From a virus (Duplodnaviria; Caudoviricetes), in IMG/VR virus record IMGVR_UViG_3300037467_000533, positions 1-27,149 of that record: a stretch of 27,149 nt of DNA; one strand, given 5' to 3'. Made by a program: the position numbers and the translations under genes. Positions 1-8,602 of the stretch are shown here, piece by piece (position 1 is the stretch's first letter; each line of letters opens with the position of its first letter). Under the pieces are notes generated by a model, which saw nothing but the letters and a program-made list of their open reading frames with translations, was not told the DNA's origin and searched no databases.

Positions 1-70
1 AGCAATCGCCAGCCTGCGTGCGTCTCGAGCCTGTTTTTTCGGCAGAACCTATGTGGCCTGACCACATGCC

Positions 71-114
71 CCGCGCCCAGGTGGAGCGGTTCCGACTCGC
101 CCAGGAGGCGGCTC
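71..114 (+). promoter_or_regulatory. Two tandem hairpins with CAGGT/CAGGA loops; the second contains the terS Shine-Dalgarno
   Basis: ccgc-g-cc[caggt]gg-a-gcgg (71-89) and ga-c-tcgcc[cagga]ggcgg-c-tc (94-114), directly before ATG 115. Confidence 0.55.
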
Positions 115-483
115 ATGTCCAAGAAGAAGGTTCCCGAGGGGCTCGGCAAGGCCGGGCGTGACCTGTGGTTGTCGGTCGCTGGGAAGTATGAGCTTCGCCC
201 TGATGAGAGGGCGACCCTGTTGGGTGCGGCTCGGGCTGCGGACATGATTAGCGACTTGCGGGCGGCTTGGGAGGCTGACGGCCGGCCGATGCTGACCAAG
301 GGCTCTATGGGTCAGGATGTGATTCACCCTCTGATTGGTGAGTTGCGGACGCAGGAGGCTCAGAAGGCGAGCCTGTTGGCGCGTCTTAAACTGCCGGACG
401 AAGCGTCGGCTGCTCCGGCGAACCAGAACCGTGACGCGGCGAACTCGTCATGGCAGCCTGGCGTCCGTAGTCGTGGCGCGTAG
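115..483 (+). CDS. terS: Terminase small subunit
   Basis: AGGAGG RBS; GLGKAGRDLW...KGSMGQDVIHPLIGELR...LLARLKLPD is the typical actinophage small terminase pattern; lies directly upstream of terL. Confidence 0.9.
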   Translation: MSKKKVPEGLGKAGRDLWLSVAGKYELRPDERATLLGAARAADMISDLRAAWEADGRPMLTKGSMGQDVIHPLIGELRTQEAQKASLLARLKLPDEASAAPANQNRDAANSSWQPGVRSRGA

Positions 484-2338
484 TCTCCGGGCCGCTTCTC
501 AGGTTCGCCCGAAGGACTCGGCTTACCGCGAGGTCATCGCGTGGTACGAGGATCAACTCGCCAACGCTGCGCCGCCGACTGGTCTCGCGTGGGAGCCGGT
601 GAAGATCGGCCCGACGTGGCAGTACGACAATGGGTGGGCGCTGCCGGCGTTCACTCTCGGCTGGCGGAACCTTGCATGGGCTGGGCTCAACCTGACGTCC
701 CCCAAGGGCGGCTCGTGGGTCTACACGCTCGAGCAGGCCCGCTTTCTGCTGTGGCATGACGCGATCGACCCGGAGACGGGAAGCTTCCTTTACCCGACGC
801 AGGTGCTTCAGCGCTTGAAGGGTTGGGGTAAAGACCCGTTCGCGGTCACGGACTCGACGACGCACATCTGCTCCGAGGATGCGATGTTTGACCGTTGGGA
901 CGGTGACGTCCCGCTCGGCCGGCAGATTCCGCAGCCGTACGTGCAGATCGTCGGTGTGAGTCAGGATCAGATCAAGCGCAACACGATGCCTTTGTTCCCG
1001 GCCCTGGTGCCGCCTGAGACGCGCCGCAAGTACGGGTTGCAGGTCGGCAAGCTCGATGTGTGGGCTCGTGGCGACGTGGCGCACATCGAGGCCGTGACGT
1101 CGTCGGTGATGTCGCTTGAGGGTCCACGTCCGACGCTGATTATCCGCAATGAGACGCAGAACTGGAACGAGAGCAACGGTGGGCACGCGCTTGCGGGCGC
1201 GATCGAGGGCAACATGGCGAAGGCCGATGAGGATCTCGCCCCGTCCCGCCAGCTCGACATCTGCAACGCGTACCGGCCCGGTGAGGACTCGGTGGGGCAG
1301 CGGGCTCGTGAGGCTTACGAGAAGACTGTCGGGAGCCGCTGCGACGCGCACTCGGGCGATGACGGGTGGTCTGAGGACTGTATCGACTGTCAGCCGCCGA
1401 CGGCGGCGGACTTCGGGATGTTGTACGACTCGCTCGAGGCTCCTCCTGAGGCGCCGCTGACTGTCGAGGCCGCGCCGGGCGTGGTTGAGGCGATCCGCGG
1501 TGACTCGGTGTGGCTGAACGTGAAGCGCATCCTGAACTCGATCAAGAACCCGGCGAACCCGCCGAGTGAGTCGCGGCGCAAGTGGTACAACCAGATCACT
1601 GCGGCCGAGGATGCTTGGGCGGACCCGAAGGATGTCGCGGCCGGCGCTCGCGATGATGGTTTGCAGGATGGCGACACGGTCGTCCTGTTCGGCGACGGCT
1701 CGAAGAGTGATGACGGTACGGGCATCGTGGCCTGCCGCGTCTCTGACGGGCTGTGCCAGGTGCTGCACTTCCAGCTGCCGAAGAAGGGCCAGATCGTCGA
1801 CCGTGACGCGGTCGATGTGGCCGTGGTGAAGGCGTTCAACCAGTTCCGCGTCGTGGCGTTCTGGTTCGACCCGTCCCATGCGAAGGATGACGAGTCCACC
1901 GAGGGCGACAACCGATTCTGGTGGCCGCTCGTGGATGAGTGGTCTCGCAGGCATGGCCGCCGGCTGAAGTGTCATCCCGTCAAGACGGGGAATCGCGCTC
2001 ATGCTGTCGCGTTCGACATGGCGCTCGACCTGAATCAGAAGGTTTTCGTCGAGGGCTGCGGTCAGACGCTCGGCGAGCTCGAGGAGCAGTCGCAGAAGCC
2101 GCCCGCTGACCGCGCTGTGATTTTCAAGCGTTCGGCGGTGCTTTCGGAGCACATGCGGAACGCGAAGCGCGCGCCGGGCAAGTGGGGCGTGTCGATCCGC
2201 AAGGAGCACCGCGAATCCGCCCGCAAGATTGACCTCGCCATCTGTCTCGTCGGTGCGCGCATGTTGCGCCGCATCTACCAACTCAGCATCAAGCAGGGCA
2301 CCCCAGGTCAGGGGCGCGTCATCGTTTTCGACAAGTGA
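473..2338 (+). CDS. terL: Terminase large subunit
   Basis: Walker A-like RLKGWGKD, Walker B-like LIIRNETQNW, nuclease acidic motifs FGDGSKSDDGT and RKIDLAI. Start moved to the in-frame GTG at 473, overlapping the terS end (the ORF track begins at 335). Confidence 0.93.
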   Translation: MARSLRAASQVRPKDSAYREVIAWYEDQLANAAPPTGLAWEPVKIGPTWQYDNGWALPAFTLGWRNLAWAGLNLTSPKGGSWVYTLEQARFLLWHDAIDPETGSFLYPTQVLQRLKGWGKDPFAVTDSTTHICSEDAMFDRWDGDVPLGRQIPQPYVQIVGVSQDQIKRNTMPLFPALVPPETRRKYGLQVGKLDVWARGDVAHIEAVTSSVMSLEGPRPTLIIRNETQNWNESNGGHALAGAIEGNMAKADEDLAPSRQLDICNAYRPGEDSVGQRAREAYEKTVGSRCDAHSGDDGWSEDCIDCQPPTAADFGMLYDSLEAPPEAPLTVEAAPGVVEAIRGDSVWLNVKRILNSIKNPANPPSESRRKWYNQITAAEDAWADPKDVAAGARDDGLQDGDTVVLFGDGSKSDDGTGIVACRVSDGLCQVLHFQLPKKGQIVDRDAVDVAVVKAFNQFRVVAFWFDPSHAKDDESTEGDNRFWWPLVDEWSRRHGRRLKCHPVKTGNRAHAVAFDMALDLNQKVFVEGCGQTLGELEEQSQKPPADRAVIFKRSAVLSEHMRNAKRAPGKWGVSIRKEHRESARKIDLAICLVGARMLRRIYQLSIKQGTPGQGRVIVFDK

Positions 2339-2351
2339 GGGAGGCTGGCGC

Positions 2352-3824
2352 GTGGGCGAACTCTCCTTCGATGGCGGGCACTGGATGACGGTGCCGCAGT
2401 TCTCTCCGACGTCGATTCCGGTCCTGCCGTCACTGTCGCTGTCCGACAGTGAGCGCGAGATGATCGCGGCGCTTCAGAACCGGGCGCAGCATGACCGGGT
2501 CGAGATGGAGTGCGCGAACTCGTTCTACATGGGAGCGCAGATCATTCGGAACCTCGACATCGCGATCCCTGACGACCTCGCGTCGAAGCTGACGGCTCTG
2601 GTTGGCTGGGCGCGTATCGCGGTCGACCCGTACGTGGAGCGGCTGTCCGTTGAGGGTTTCCGCCTTCCGGGCGACACGGACGTGAATCCCGATCTGGGCG
2701 AACTCTGGGCAGGTAATGGGCTCGAGTCTGAGCAGTCGTTGGCGTTCACGGACGCGCTGTCGTTCGCTCGGGCGTACTGGCTCGTCGGTTCGCGTCCAGG
2801 TGGCGGTCTGCCGCTCATCACGGCTGAGTCTCCGCTGAATATGGCGGTTCTGTGGGATCTGACTGGCACGACTGCGAAGGCGGCACTTCAGTCCTACGTC
2901 GTCGACGACCAGAGGCACGCCGCACTGATGCTGCCGGAGCAGACCATCACCATCGCGGAGGATGAGAGCAAGGTCTGGCAGCTCGTCAACCGCGACCAGC
3001 ACGGCTTTGGTCGGGTGCCGGTGCATCGGATGGCGAATGCGGCGCGCACGAACCAGCGTGACGGGTTCTCGAACATCACGCCCGAGCTTCAGTCTGTCAT
3101 CACGAACGCGTGCCGGCGTCTGATGGGGCTCGAGGTGGCTTCTGAGCTTTACTCGGTGCCGCGTCTGTGGCTTCTTGGCGCGTCACTGTCGGACTTCCAG
3201 GGGCCTGACGGGCAGATGAAGCGCGCCCTCGAGACGTACATGTCGATGATGAACGCGCTGGAGCGCGACGAGGACGGTAATGCGCCTGAGTTGAAGCAGC
3301 TCACGACGTATGACCCGGCGACCTTCACGAAGGTTCTGGAGATGTACGCCTCGCAGGCTGCTGGCATCCTCGCGGCGGTGCCGCAGGATCTCGGTCTCTA
3401 CACGCAGGGCAATCCGACGTCGTCTGAGGCGTGGGACTCGATGGAGACGCGCCGGAACCGTCGCGCGATCTCGATGACGCGCCAGTTTGGTACGTCGATC
3501 GTGGCCGCGATGCAGGACGGCATTCGTTTCCAGAACAACGGGGCGTTGCCGCGCGAGTTCGAGCGGGCCGTGACCGACTGGGCGCCGATCATGCCCGGCA
3601 AGACGGCTGACGACATTTCCAAGCTTGTCGCGGCTGGCGCGATCCCGCCGCGCTCTGATGTGACGTTGAAGCATGCCGGGTTCAATGCGGTGGAGCGGGC
3701 GCAGATGGAGCAGGACTGGGCCGCTGAGGACCAGCGTGTCGCCAAGGAGCAGGTTCGCGAGCAGATCCGTGCGACCCGTCCCGTCGAGCCGGTGAGTGAC
3801 GCTGATGGCGTCGCCGCAGGCTGA
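2352..3824 (+). CDS. Portal protein (SPP1 gp6-like)
   Basis: Follows terL; GAGGGAGG RBS then GTG 2352; motifs GWARIAVD..VERL.VEGF, HGFGRVPV, G.SNIT, SELYSVPR. Confidence 0.9.
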   Translation: MGELSFDGGHWMTVPQFSPTSIPVLPSLSLSDSEREMIAALQNRAQHDRVEMECANSFYMGAQIIRNLDIAIPDDLASKLTALVGWARIAVDPYVERLSVEGFRLPGDTDVNPDLGELWAGNGLESEQSLAFTDALSFARAYWLVGSRPGGGLPLITAESPLNMAVLWDLTGTTAKAALQSYVVDDQRHAALMLPEQTITIAEDESKVWQLVNRDQHGFGRVPVHRMANAARTNQRDGFSNITPELQSVITNACRRLMGLEVASELYSVPRLWLLGASLSDFQGPDGQMKRALETYMSMMNALERDEDGNAPELKQLTTYDPATFTKVLEMYASQAAGILAAVPQDLGLYTQGNPTSSEAWDSMETRRNRRAISMTRQFGTSIVAAMQDGIRFQNNGALPREFERAVTDWAPIMPGKTADDISKLVAAGAIPPRSDVTLKHAGFNAVERAQMEQDWAAEDQRVAKEQVREQIRATRPVEPVSDADGVAAG

Positions 3825-4695
3825 GGCGGCTCGGGCCGAGCAGGAGGCCATTGCGGCGCTGGCTGTTCCGCTTGCGGCGCAGGCGTGGTCGTCGTTCGAC
3901 GCGACGGACCTGTCGACGGTGCCGTCGTTCCGTGAGGTCGTCGAGGCGATCGTGGAGCTGTATGGTCGTGCCGCTTCTGGCGCCGCGGCTGAGTGGTTCA
4001 AGACGTTGCGTGCGGAGAAGGTCAAGGGCCGCGTTGCGGTGAGGGCGATCCCGTCGACGCCGCCAGGTTTCATCGACCAGGCGGTCGTGGAGGCTGCTGC
4101 GGCTCGCGTCGTGGATGGCGTGGACGTGCTCGGGTCGAGGGTTGAGCAGTTGGTGCTCAATGAGGGTCGCCGGCAGATGTTGTCTGCGGTTCGCGCTGAC
4201 GCCGAGGCCCGCGGATGGGCTCGCGTCCCGAATGCGGGTGCGTGTTCGTTCTGTCTGATGCTGGCGATTCGTGCCGGCGCTGGCGTGCTCTACGCGTCGC
4301 GCTCGTCGGCGAACTTCCGTGCGCACACGAAGCAGGCGAACGGTTCTGGCGGCGACTGCCGCTGTGGCGTCGAGCCGGTCTGGGGCCAGTATGAGCCGCC
4401 CAAGATCGTCCGTGACGCGATGGTGACGTGGGACAAGGCGACGAAGGGCCGCAGCGGCGCAGATGCGCGCGCAGCGTTCCGTCAGGCGATCGAGGGGCGG
4501 GCTGTGACTGGTGCGCCCGGCAAGTCGTCGAAGTCGAAGCGCGGCGACACGTACGCGAAGCCGTCCGGTGTGACGCCGGAGAACCAGCGATTTCAGCTTC
4601 AACTCTTGGAGGCTCTGCCTCCTGCACAGACTCCCGAGGCCGCCGCTTGGCGCGTTCGTCGGGTTGCCGAGATCCGCAAGTTCCTCGGCGAGTAA
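3805..4695 (+). CDS. MuF-like minor head protein (often annotated capsid maturation protease in actinophages)
   Basis: Follows portal; GWARVP..GACSFCLMLA.R...H...DCRC..EPVW motif; start may be 3796 or 3805. Confidence 0.8.
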   Translation: MASPQAEAARAEQEAIAALAVPLAAQAWSSFDATDLSTVPSFREVVEAIVELYGRAASGAAAEWFKTLRAEKVKGRVAVRAIPSTPPGFIDQAVVEAAAARVVDGVDVLGSRVEQLVLNEGRRQMLSAVRADAEARGWARVPNAGACSFCLMLAIRAGAGVLYASRSSANFRAHTKQANGSGGDCRCGVEPVWGQYEPPKIVRDAMVTWDKATKGRSGADARAAFRQAIEGRAVTGAPGKSSKSKRGDTYAKPSGVTPENQRFQLQLLEALPPAQTPEAAAWRVRRVAEIRKFLGE

Positions 4696-4703
4696 CAGCC
4701 AAT

Positions 4704-4746
4704 CCCCTTGCAGGCCAAGGGGTGTCCAACAACGCCCCAGGAGGGC
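4704..4746 (+). promoter_or_regulatory. Two tandem hairpins with CAGGC/CAGGA loops; the second contains the RBS of ORF 4753
   Basis: ccccttg[caggc]caagggg (4704-4722) and gccc[cagga]gggc (4734-4746). Confidence 0.6.
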
Positions 4747-4752
4747 ACTGCT

Positions 4753-4941
4753 ATGCGTCTGCAAATCGCTCCCACCACCACGTCCAAACTCGGAGACTCC
4801 TCACACGAGGGCTTCCTGATCGTGCTCGACGAGGTCGACGACTTCGACGAACTGCGAGACATGGACTGGGCCGAGTTCAAGAAGGAGAGTGGCGCCGCGG
4901 GCGTTCTCGCCTTTGAGCAGACGGTGGAGGTCGTTCGATGA
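4753..4941 (+). CDS. Small acidic hypothetical protein (62 aa)
   Basis: AGGAGG RBS, ATG 4753, stop overlaps the scaffold start (ATGA). Confidence 0.75.
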   Translation: MRLQIAPTTTSKLGDSSHEGFLIVLDEVDDFDELRDMDWAEFKKESGAAGVLAFEQTVEVVR

Positions 4942-5609
4942 GCGACCAGCCGATTCCCACCCCGGCCGACGTGGCACCCGCCGCAGCGCCGTCCACCCCG
5001 GAGCCTGTTGCAACGGCCCCGGCAACCGAGCCGACCGACACGGCCAAGGTGAACGTCTGGGAGAACCCAGAGACAGCCAAGGCCGAGATCGAGCGGCTGC
5101 GACGCGAGAACGGCGCCGCACGCACCAACGCCAAGCAGCAGGCCGCCGACGAGGCGCGCGCTGCTTTGGCGACCGAGATTGGGAAGGCGATTGGGCTCGT
5201 TAAGGACGATGCCCCCGTCGACCCGGCCCAACTCACTGAGCAGTTGACGACCGCACAGAGTGATGCGAAGCAGGCGCGGGTTGAGCTCGCAGTGTTCCGC
5301 AACGCCGACGCTGCGGGCGCCGATCCCCAAGCGCTGCTCGACTCTGCGTCCTTCTTGAAGAAGGCTGCCGCGCTCGACCCGTCCGACATTGATGGCCTGA
5401 AGGCCGCGATGACGGAGGCTGTCGCAGCGAACCCGCGGCTTGGTGCCGCGCCCGCCACTCGCGTTCCGCTCCCGAACCCCGCACAGGGCACGAGCGGCGC
5501 CGGCACCCCCAACAACCTTGACGCGCAGATCGCTGAGGCCGAGAAGGCGGGCAACTTCCGCCTGTCCATCGCCCTCAAGCAGCAGCGCGCCGCACTGACG
5601 AAGCCGTAG
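4938..5609 (+). CDS. Capsid scaffolding protein
   Basis: Pro/Ala-rich N-terminus, coiled coil (EIERLRRENGAART), ALLDSASF motif, C-terminal helix; immediately before the capsid gene. Confidence 0.88.
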   Translation: MSDQPIPTPADVAPAAAPSTPEPVATAPATEPTDTAKVNVWENPETAKAEIERLRRENGAARTNAKQQAADEARAALATEIGKAIGLVKDDAPVDPAQLTEQLTTAQSDAKQARVELAVFRNADAAGADPQALLDSASFLKKAAALDPSDIDGLKAAMTEAVAANPRLGAAPATRVPLPNPAQGTSGAGTPNNLDAQIAEAEKAGNFRLSIALKQQRAALTKP

Positions 5610-5619
5610 GAGGCTACAC

Positions 5620-6798
5620 ATGTCTGGTATCACCGGACTGGGCACGTCTTTCAACCTGCCCAACTACCACGGTGAGCTCATCGGGCTCACCCCGACCGAG
5701 ACCCCGCTTCTGTCCCTCAGTGGCGGCGTCGGCGGCGGCAAGCAGACCGACTCGCCCGTGTTCGAGTGGCAGACGGAGGACCTTCGGGACCCGGCCGTCC
5801 GCGCCCGTCTCGAGGGCGCTGACGCCCCGACCGCCGAGTCGCGCGTCCGCGCCAACGTCGAGAACGTCGCGCAGATCTTCCAGGAGGCCGTGAACACGTC
5901 CTACACGAAGCTCGCCTCGACCGGCCAGTTCGCCAACGGCAACGGTGGCGTCGGCGTCGGCAACCCCGTCCAGAACGAGCACAGCCACCAGGTCATGCTC
6001 GCCCTCAAGACGGTCGCCCGCGACGTCAACTACTCCATGTGGCACGGCGTGAAGAACAAGCCGGCCGACAACACGACCGCGCGTCAGATGGGCGGCCTTC
6101 TCTCGGTCGTCACGTCGAACCGCACCGGCACGGAGTCGACCGGTTCGGCCGCGACCGACACCATCACGGTCACGCACTCGCTGAGTGTCGGCGACAAGGT
6201 CGTGTTCTCCGACGTGGGCGCCTCGACGGCGATCACCAAGGGCGTCACGTACTACGTGCAGTCGGTCTCCACGACCGTCTCGTTCAAGGTCGCTGCGACC
6301 TCGGGCGGCTCGGCCATCACGATCGGCACCGCCACGGTCAAGTTCTACGCGGCCAAGACGACCCTCACGGTCGACGGCCTCGAGACCCTGATGCAGTCGG
6401 TCTTCGACAACGGCGGCATCACCGACCAGGCTGCGGCCACCCTGTTCTGCTCGAGCCGGCAGAAGCGCGCCCTCACGGCCGCCTACGCCGCCGAGTACGG
6501 CAAGGCTGACCCGTTCAACATGACCCGCACCGTCGCCGGCCTGAACCTCCAGACCATCGAGACGAACTTCGGTTCGCTCAACGTGGTCGTGGACCGTGCG
6601 CTGCCGGCCGACACCCTCGCCGTCGTCTCCCTCGAGCAGGTTGACCCGGTGTTCCTGTCGATCCCCGGCAAGGGTGTCCTGTTCGAGGAGGAGCTCGCCA
6701 AGACGGGCGCTTCCGAGAAGTCGCAGATCTATGGCGAGATTGGCCTCAAGTACGGCAACCAGGCTGCGCACGGCATCATGCGCGGCCTCGCCATCTGA
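5620..6798 (+). CDS. Major capsid protein (SU10/DUF5309-like) with an internal beta-rich insertion
   Basis: Motifs TETPLLS, FEWQTEDL, ENVAQIFQE.V..SYT, ARQMGGL, IETNFG.LNVV.DR, LAKTG.SEKSQIYGEIGLKY; AGGAGG RBS. Confidence 0.9.
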   Translation: MSGITGLGTSFNLPNYHGELIGLTPTETPLLSLSGGVGGGKQTDSPVFEWQTEDLRDPAVRARLEGADAPTAESRVRANVENVAQIFQEAVNTSYTKLASTGQFANGNGGVGVGNPVQNEHSHQVMLALKTVARDVNYSMWHGVKNKPADNTTARQMGGLLSVVTSNRTGTESTGSAATDTITVTHSLSVGDKVVFSDVGASTAITKGVTYYVQSVSTTVSFKVAATSGGSAITIGTATVKFYAAKTTLTVDGLETLMQSVFDNGGITDQAAATLFCSSRQKRALTAAYAAEYGKADPFNMTRTVAGLNLQTIETNFGSLNVVVDRALPADTLAVVSLEQVDPVFLSIPGKGVLFEEELAKTGASEKSQIYGEIGLKYGNQAAHGIMRGLAI

Positions 6799-6843
6799 GC
6801 CTCTGACTCGTTCCACAGGTACACCCCGAGCCAGGAGGCTGAC

Positions 6844-7452
6844 GTGAGCACACCACTCGCAACCCCCGCCGAACTCGGGGTGTACCTGACGGGCACCCCG
6901 CTCGCAGACGACGACCCGCGCGGTCTGCTGGTGCTGCAACTCGCGCACGACCTGTGTGAGACGGTCGTGTCACCGGTTCCGGCGCTCGGCAAGGGTGTCG
7001 AGTTGGCGGTCGCGTCGCGCGCGTACAACAACGTCACGTCGGCGCATCAGATGAGTCTCGGCTCGGCTGCGGTGTCGTTCGGGGCGCAGAACTCGAGCAT
7101 GGGCGTTGGCGGATTGTACCTGTCGAAGTCTGAGAAGGCGACGCTGCGTCGGCTGGCTGGCCGGTCGGGTGCGTTCTCTGTGAACATGCTTCTCGGTCGC
7201 GCTCCGGCGCTGGTCGCGTCAGTGTCGGCGGGCTTCCCGTCTGGCGCTGGTGACGATGACGTGGTCGTGTTCACCGGCTACGGCTTCACGTCGACGTCTG
7301 CGGTCACGGTCGGCGGCACGGCAGCGGAGTTCGAGGTCGTCGACGACACGATGCTGTCGGTGACGCTTCCCACCGGTTCGGCCGGCGACGTCGCCGTGGT
7401 CGTCACGAACGACGAGGGCGCGTCTCAGCCCTACACGTACACGCGCGCATGA
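6844..7452 (+). CDS. Head-to-tail adaptor fused to a C-terminal IPT/TIG (Ig-like) domain
   Basis: N-terminal PLATPAEL..YL...RAYNN...GGLYLSKSEKATLRR is the actinophage adaptor pattern; the last ~83 aa show the TIG pattern (V.FTG.GF....V.VGG....F.VVDDT.L.V.LP....G.V.VVVTN..G.S). Confidence 0.82.
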   Translation: MSTPLATPAELGVYLTGTPLADDDPRGLLVLQLAHDLCETVVSPVPALGKGVELAVASRAYNNVTSAHQMSLGSAAVSFGAQNSSMGVGGLYLSKSEKATLRRLAGRSGAFSVNMLLGRAPALVASVSAGFPSGAGDDDVVVFTGYGFTSTSAVTVGGTAAEFEVVDDTMLSVTLPTGSAGDVAVVVTNDEGASQPYTYTRA

Positions 7453-7763
7453 ACGTGCTCTGGAAGGTCCACACGGCCTCTGTGGAGACGTTCACGGGCG
7501 CGACTGAGACTGGCGACGGTTACGCGTCTGCGGTCGACGTGCTCGGCCTGTACGACGACGGGCTGATGCTTGTGCAGCGCCAGGGTGTCGAGGCTGTCGA
7601 GGGTCGCGCGAAGTTCTACGCGGACCTTGAGGATGCGGCGAAGTTCGTGCCTGAGTCCAAGGTGACTGTGCGTGGCCTGGTGTTTCAGGTTGAGCGAGTC
7701 CATCAGGGCGACGCTGGTGGCCTGTTTGGGCCGGTGTCGCACGTCGAGGTGTGGCTGAAGTGA
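7449..7763 (+). CDS. Head-to-tail stopper
   Basis: Position and size (104 aa); beta-rich with PESKVTVRG..F.V and a terminal HVEVWLK. Confidence 0.72.
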   Translation: MNVLWKVHTASVETFTGATETGDGYASAVDVLGLYDDGLMLVQRQGVEAVEGRAKFYADLEDAAKFVPESKVTVRGLVFQVERVHQGDAGGLFGPVSHVEVWLK

Positions 7764-8113
7764 GCATCGAGTGGCGGGGTTCTCTGCTGGGGAATCTGCG
7801 CGAGGTGCTCGCCAAGGTGCAGCGTCTCGACGATGACCTTTACGAGGGTGCGCGGATCGTTCTGGCCGACTCGGAGGCTCGCGTTCCGAAGGAGTCTGGG
7901 AAGCTCGTTGCCACTGGGGTCATCAAGCGTGACCGGGCTGGCAACAACGCTGTCGCGATCGAGTACGGCACACCGTATGCCCGGTGGATTCACGAGCATG
8001 TGCATTTCAAGCACCCCTCGGGCGGCGAAGCGAAGTTCCTTGAGACGGCGCTGCTCGTCAAGGGCCGCGAGGCCATCAACAAGGCCGGCGAGCACCTCTG
8101 GAGGCGACTGTGA
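7760..8113 (+). CDS. Neck/tail completion protein (HK97 gp10-like)
   Basis: VPKESGKL...YGTPYARWIHE....HP.GGEAKFLE motif; GTGA overlap with the previous stop. Confidence 0.8.
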   Translation: MSIEWRGSLLGNLREVLAKVQRLDDDLYEGARIVLADSEARVPKESGKLVATGVIKRDRAGNNAVAIEYGTPYARWIHEHVHFKHPSGGEAKFLETALLVKGREAINKAGEHLWRRL

Positions 8114-8514
8114 GCCACACTCGCGATCTCCTCACTGGGCTCAAGGCCGACCTTGTCGCGGCGGGCATCACGACGCCCATCTTCTTCGGTGATGTGCCTT
8201 CAACGCCTGATCGCGCCGTGGCTCTCACGGCGTATGCGGCGGTCGATCAGCCCACTGTGGCGCTGTCCACGATCCGGGTTCAGGTCATGGTCCGCGGCGT
8301 CGTGAACAACTCGCTCGACGCGGACGACCTCGCCGACGACATCTTCGCGATCTTGCAAGGCCGCGAGGACCGCACCTACGGCACCGCGCATCTCGTGCAG
8401 TGCAACCGGATCTCTGCGGTGCCGCTCGGCATCGACGCTTCCAAGCGTTCGTCGCGTGCGGACAACTACGAGATCGACGTCGACCTGCCCTTGACGGCTG
8501 GCCGGCCGTTCTGA
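8110..8514 (+). CDS. Tail terminator
   Basis: IFFG.VP.TPDRAVAL..Y...RVQV.VRG...PLG.D...R....NYEI motif; precedes the major tail gene. Confidence 0.8.
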   Translation: MSHTRDLLTGLKADLVAAGITTPIFFGDVPSTPDRAVALTAYAAVDQPTVALSTIRVQVMVRGVVNNSLDADDLADDIFAILQGREDRTYGTAHLVQCNRISAVPLGIDASKRSSRADNYEIDVDLPLTAGRPF

Positions 8515-8555
8515 CCAGCCGTCACTCAACACCGCCCCTTTGCGGGCACCAACCC

Positions 8556-8584
8556 AGACCCTGCCGCGGTGGGGTCTTTGTCAT
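8556..8584 (+). terminator. Hairpin upstream of the major tail gene
   Basis: agaccctgcc-gc-ggtggggtct followed by ttgtcat; includes G-U pairs. Confidence 0.45.
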
Positions 8585-8602
8585 GCCCCAGGAGGCACGC
8601 AC

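Noticed and set aside
1-70. cos site / physical genome end, and the small inverted repeat atgtgg-cctga-ccacat
   Set aside because: The position before terS is compatible with a packaging site, but the window edge cannot be shown to be a genome end and no overhang sequence can be identified.
1340-1390. Intein in the terminase
   Set aside because: The segment is only ~20 aa and lacks the C-terminal His-Asn splice motif.
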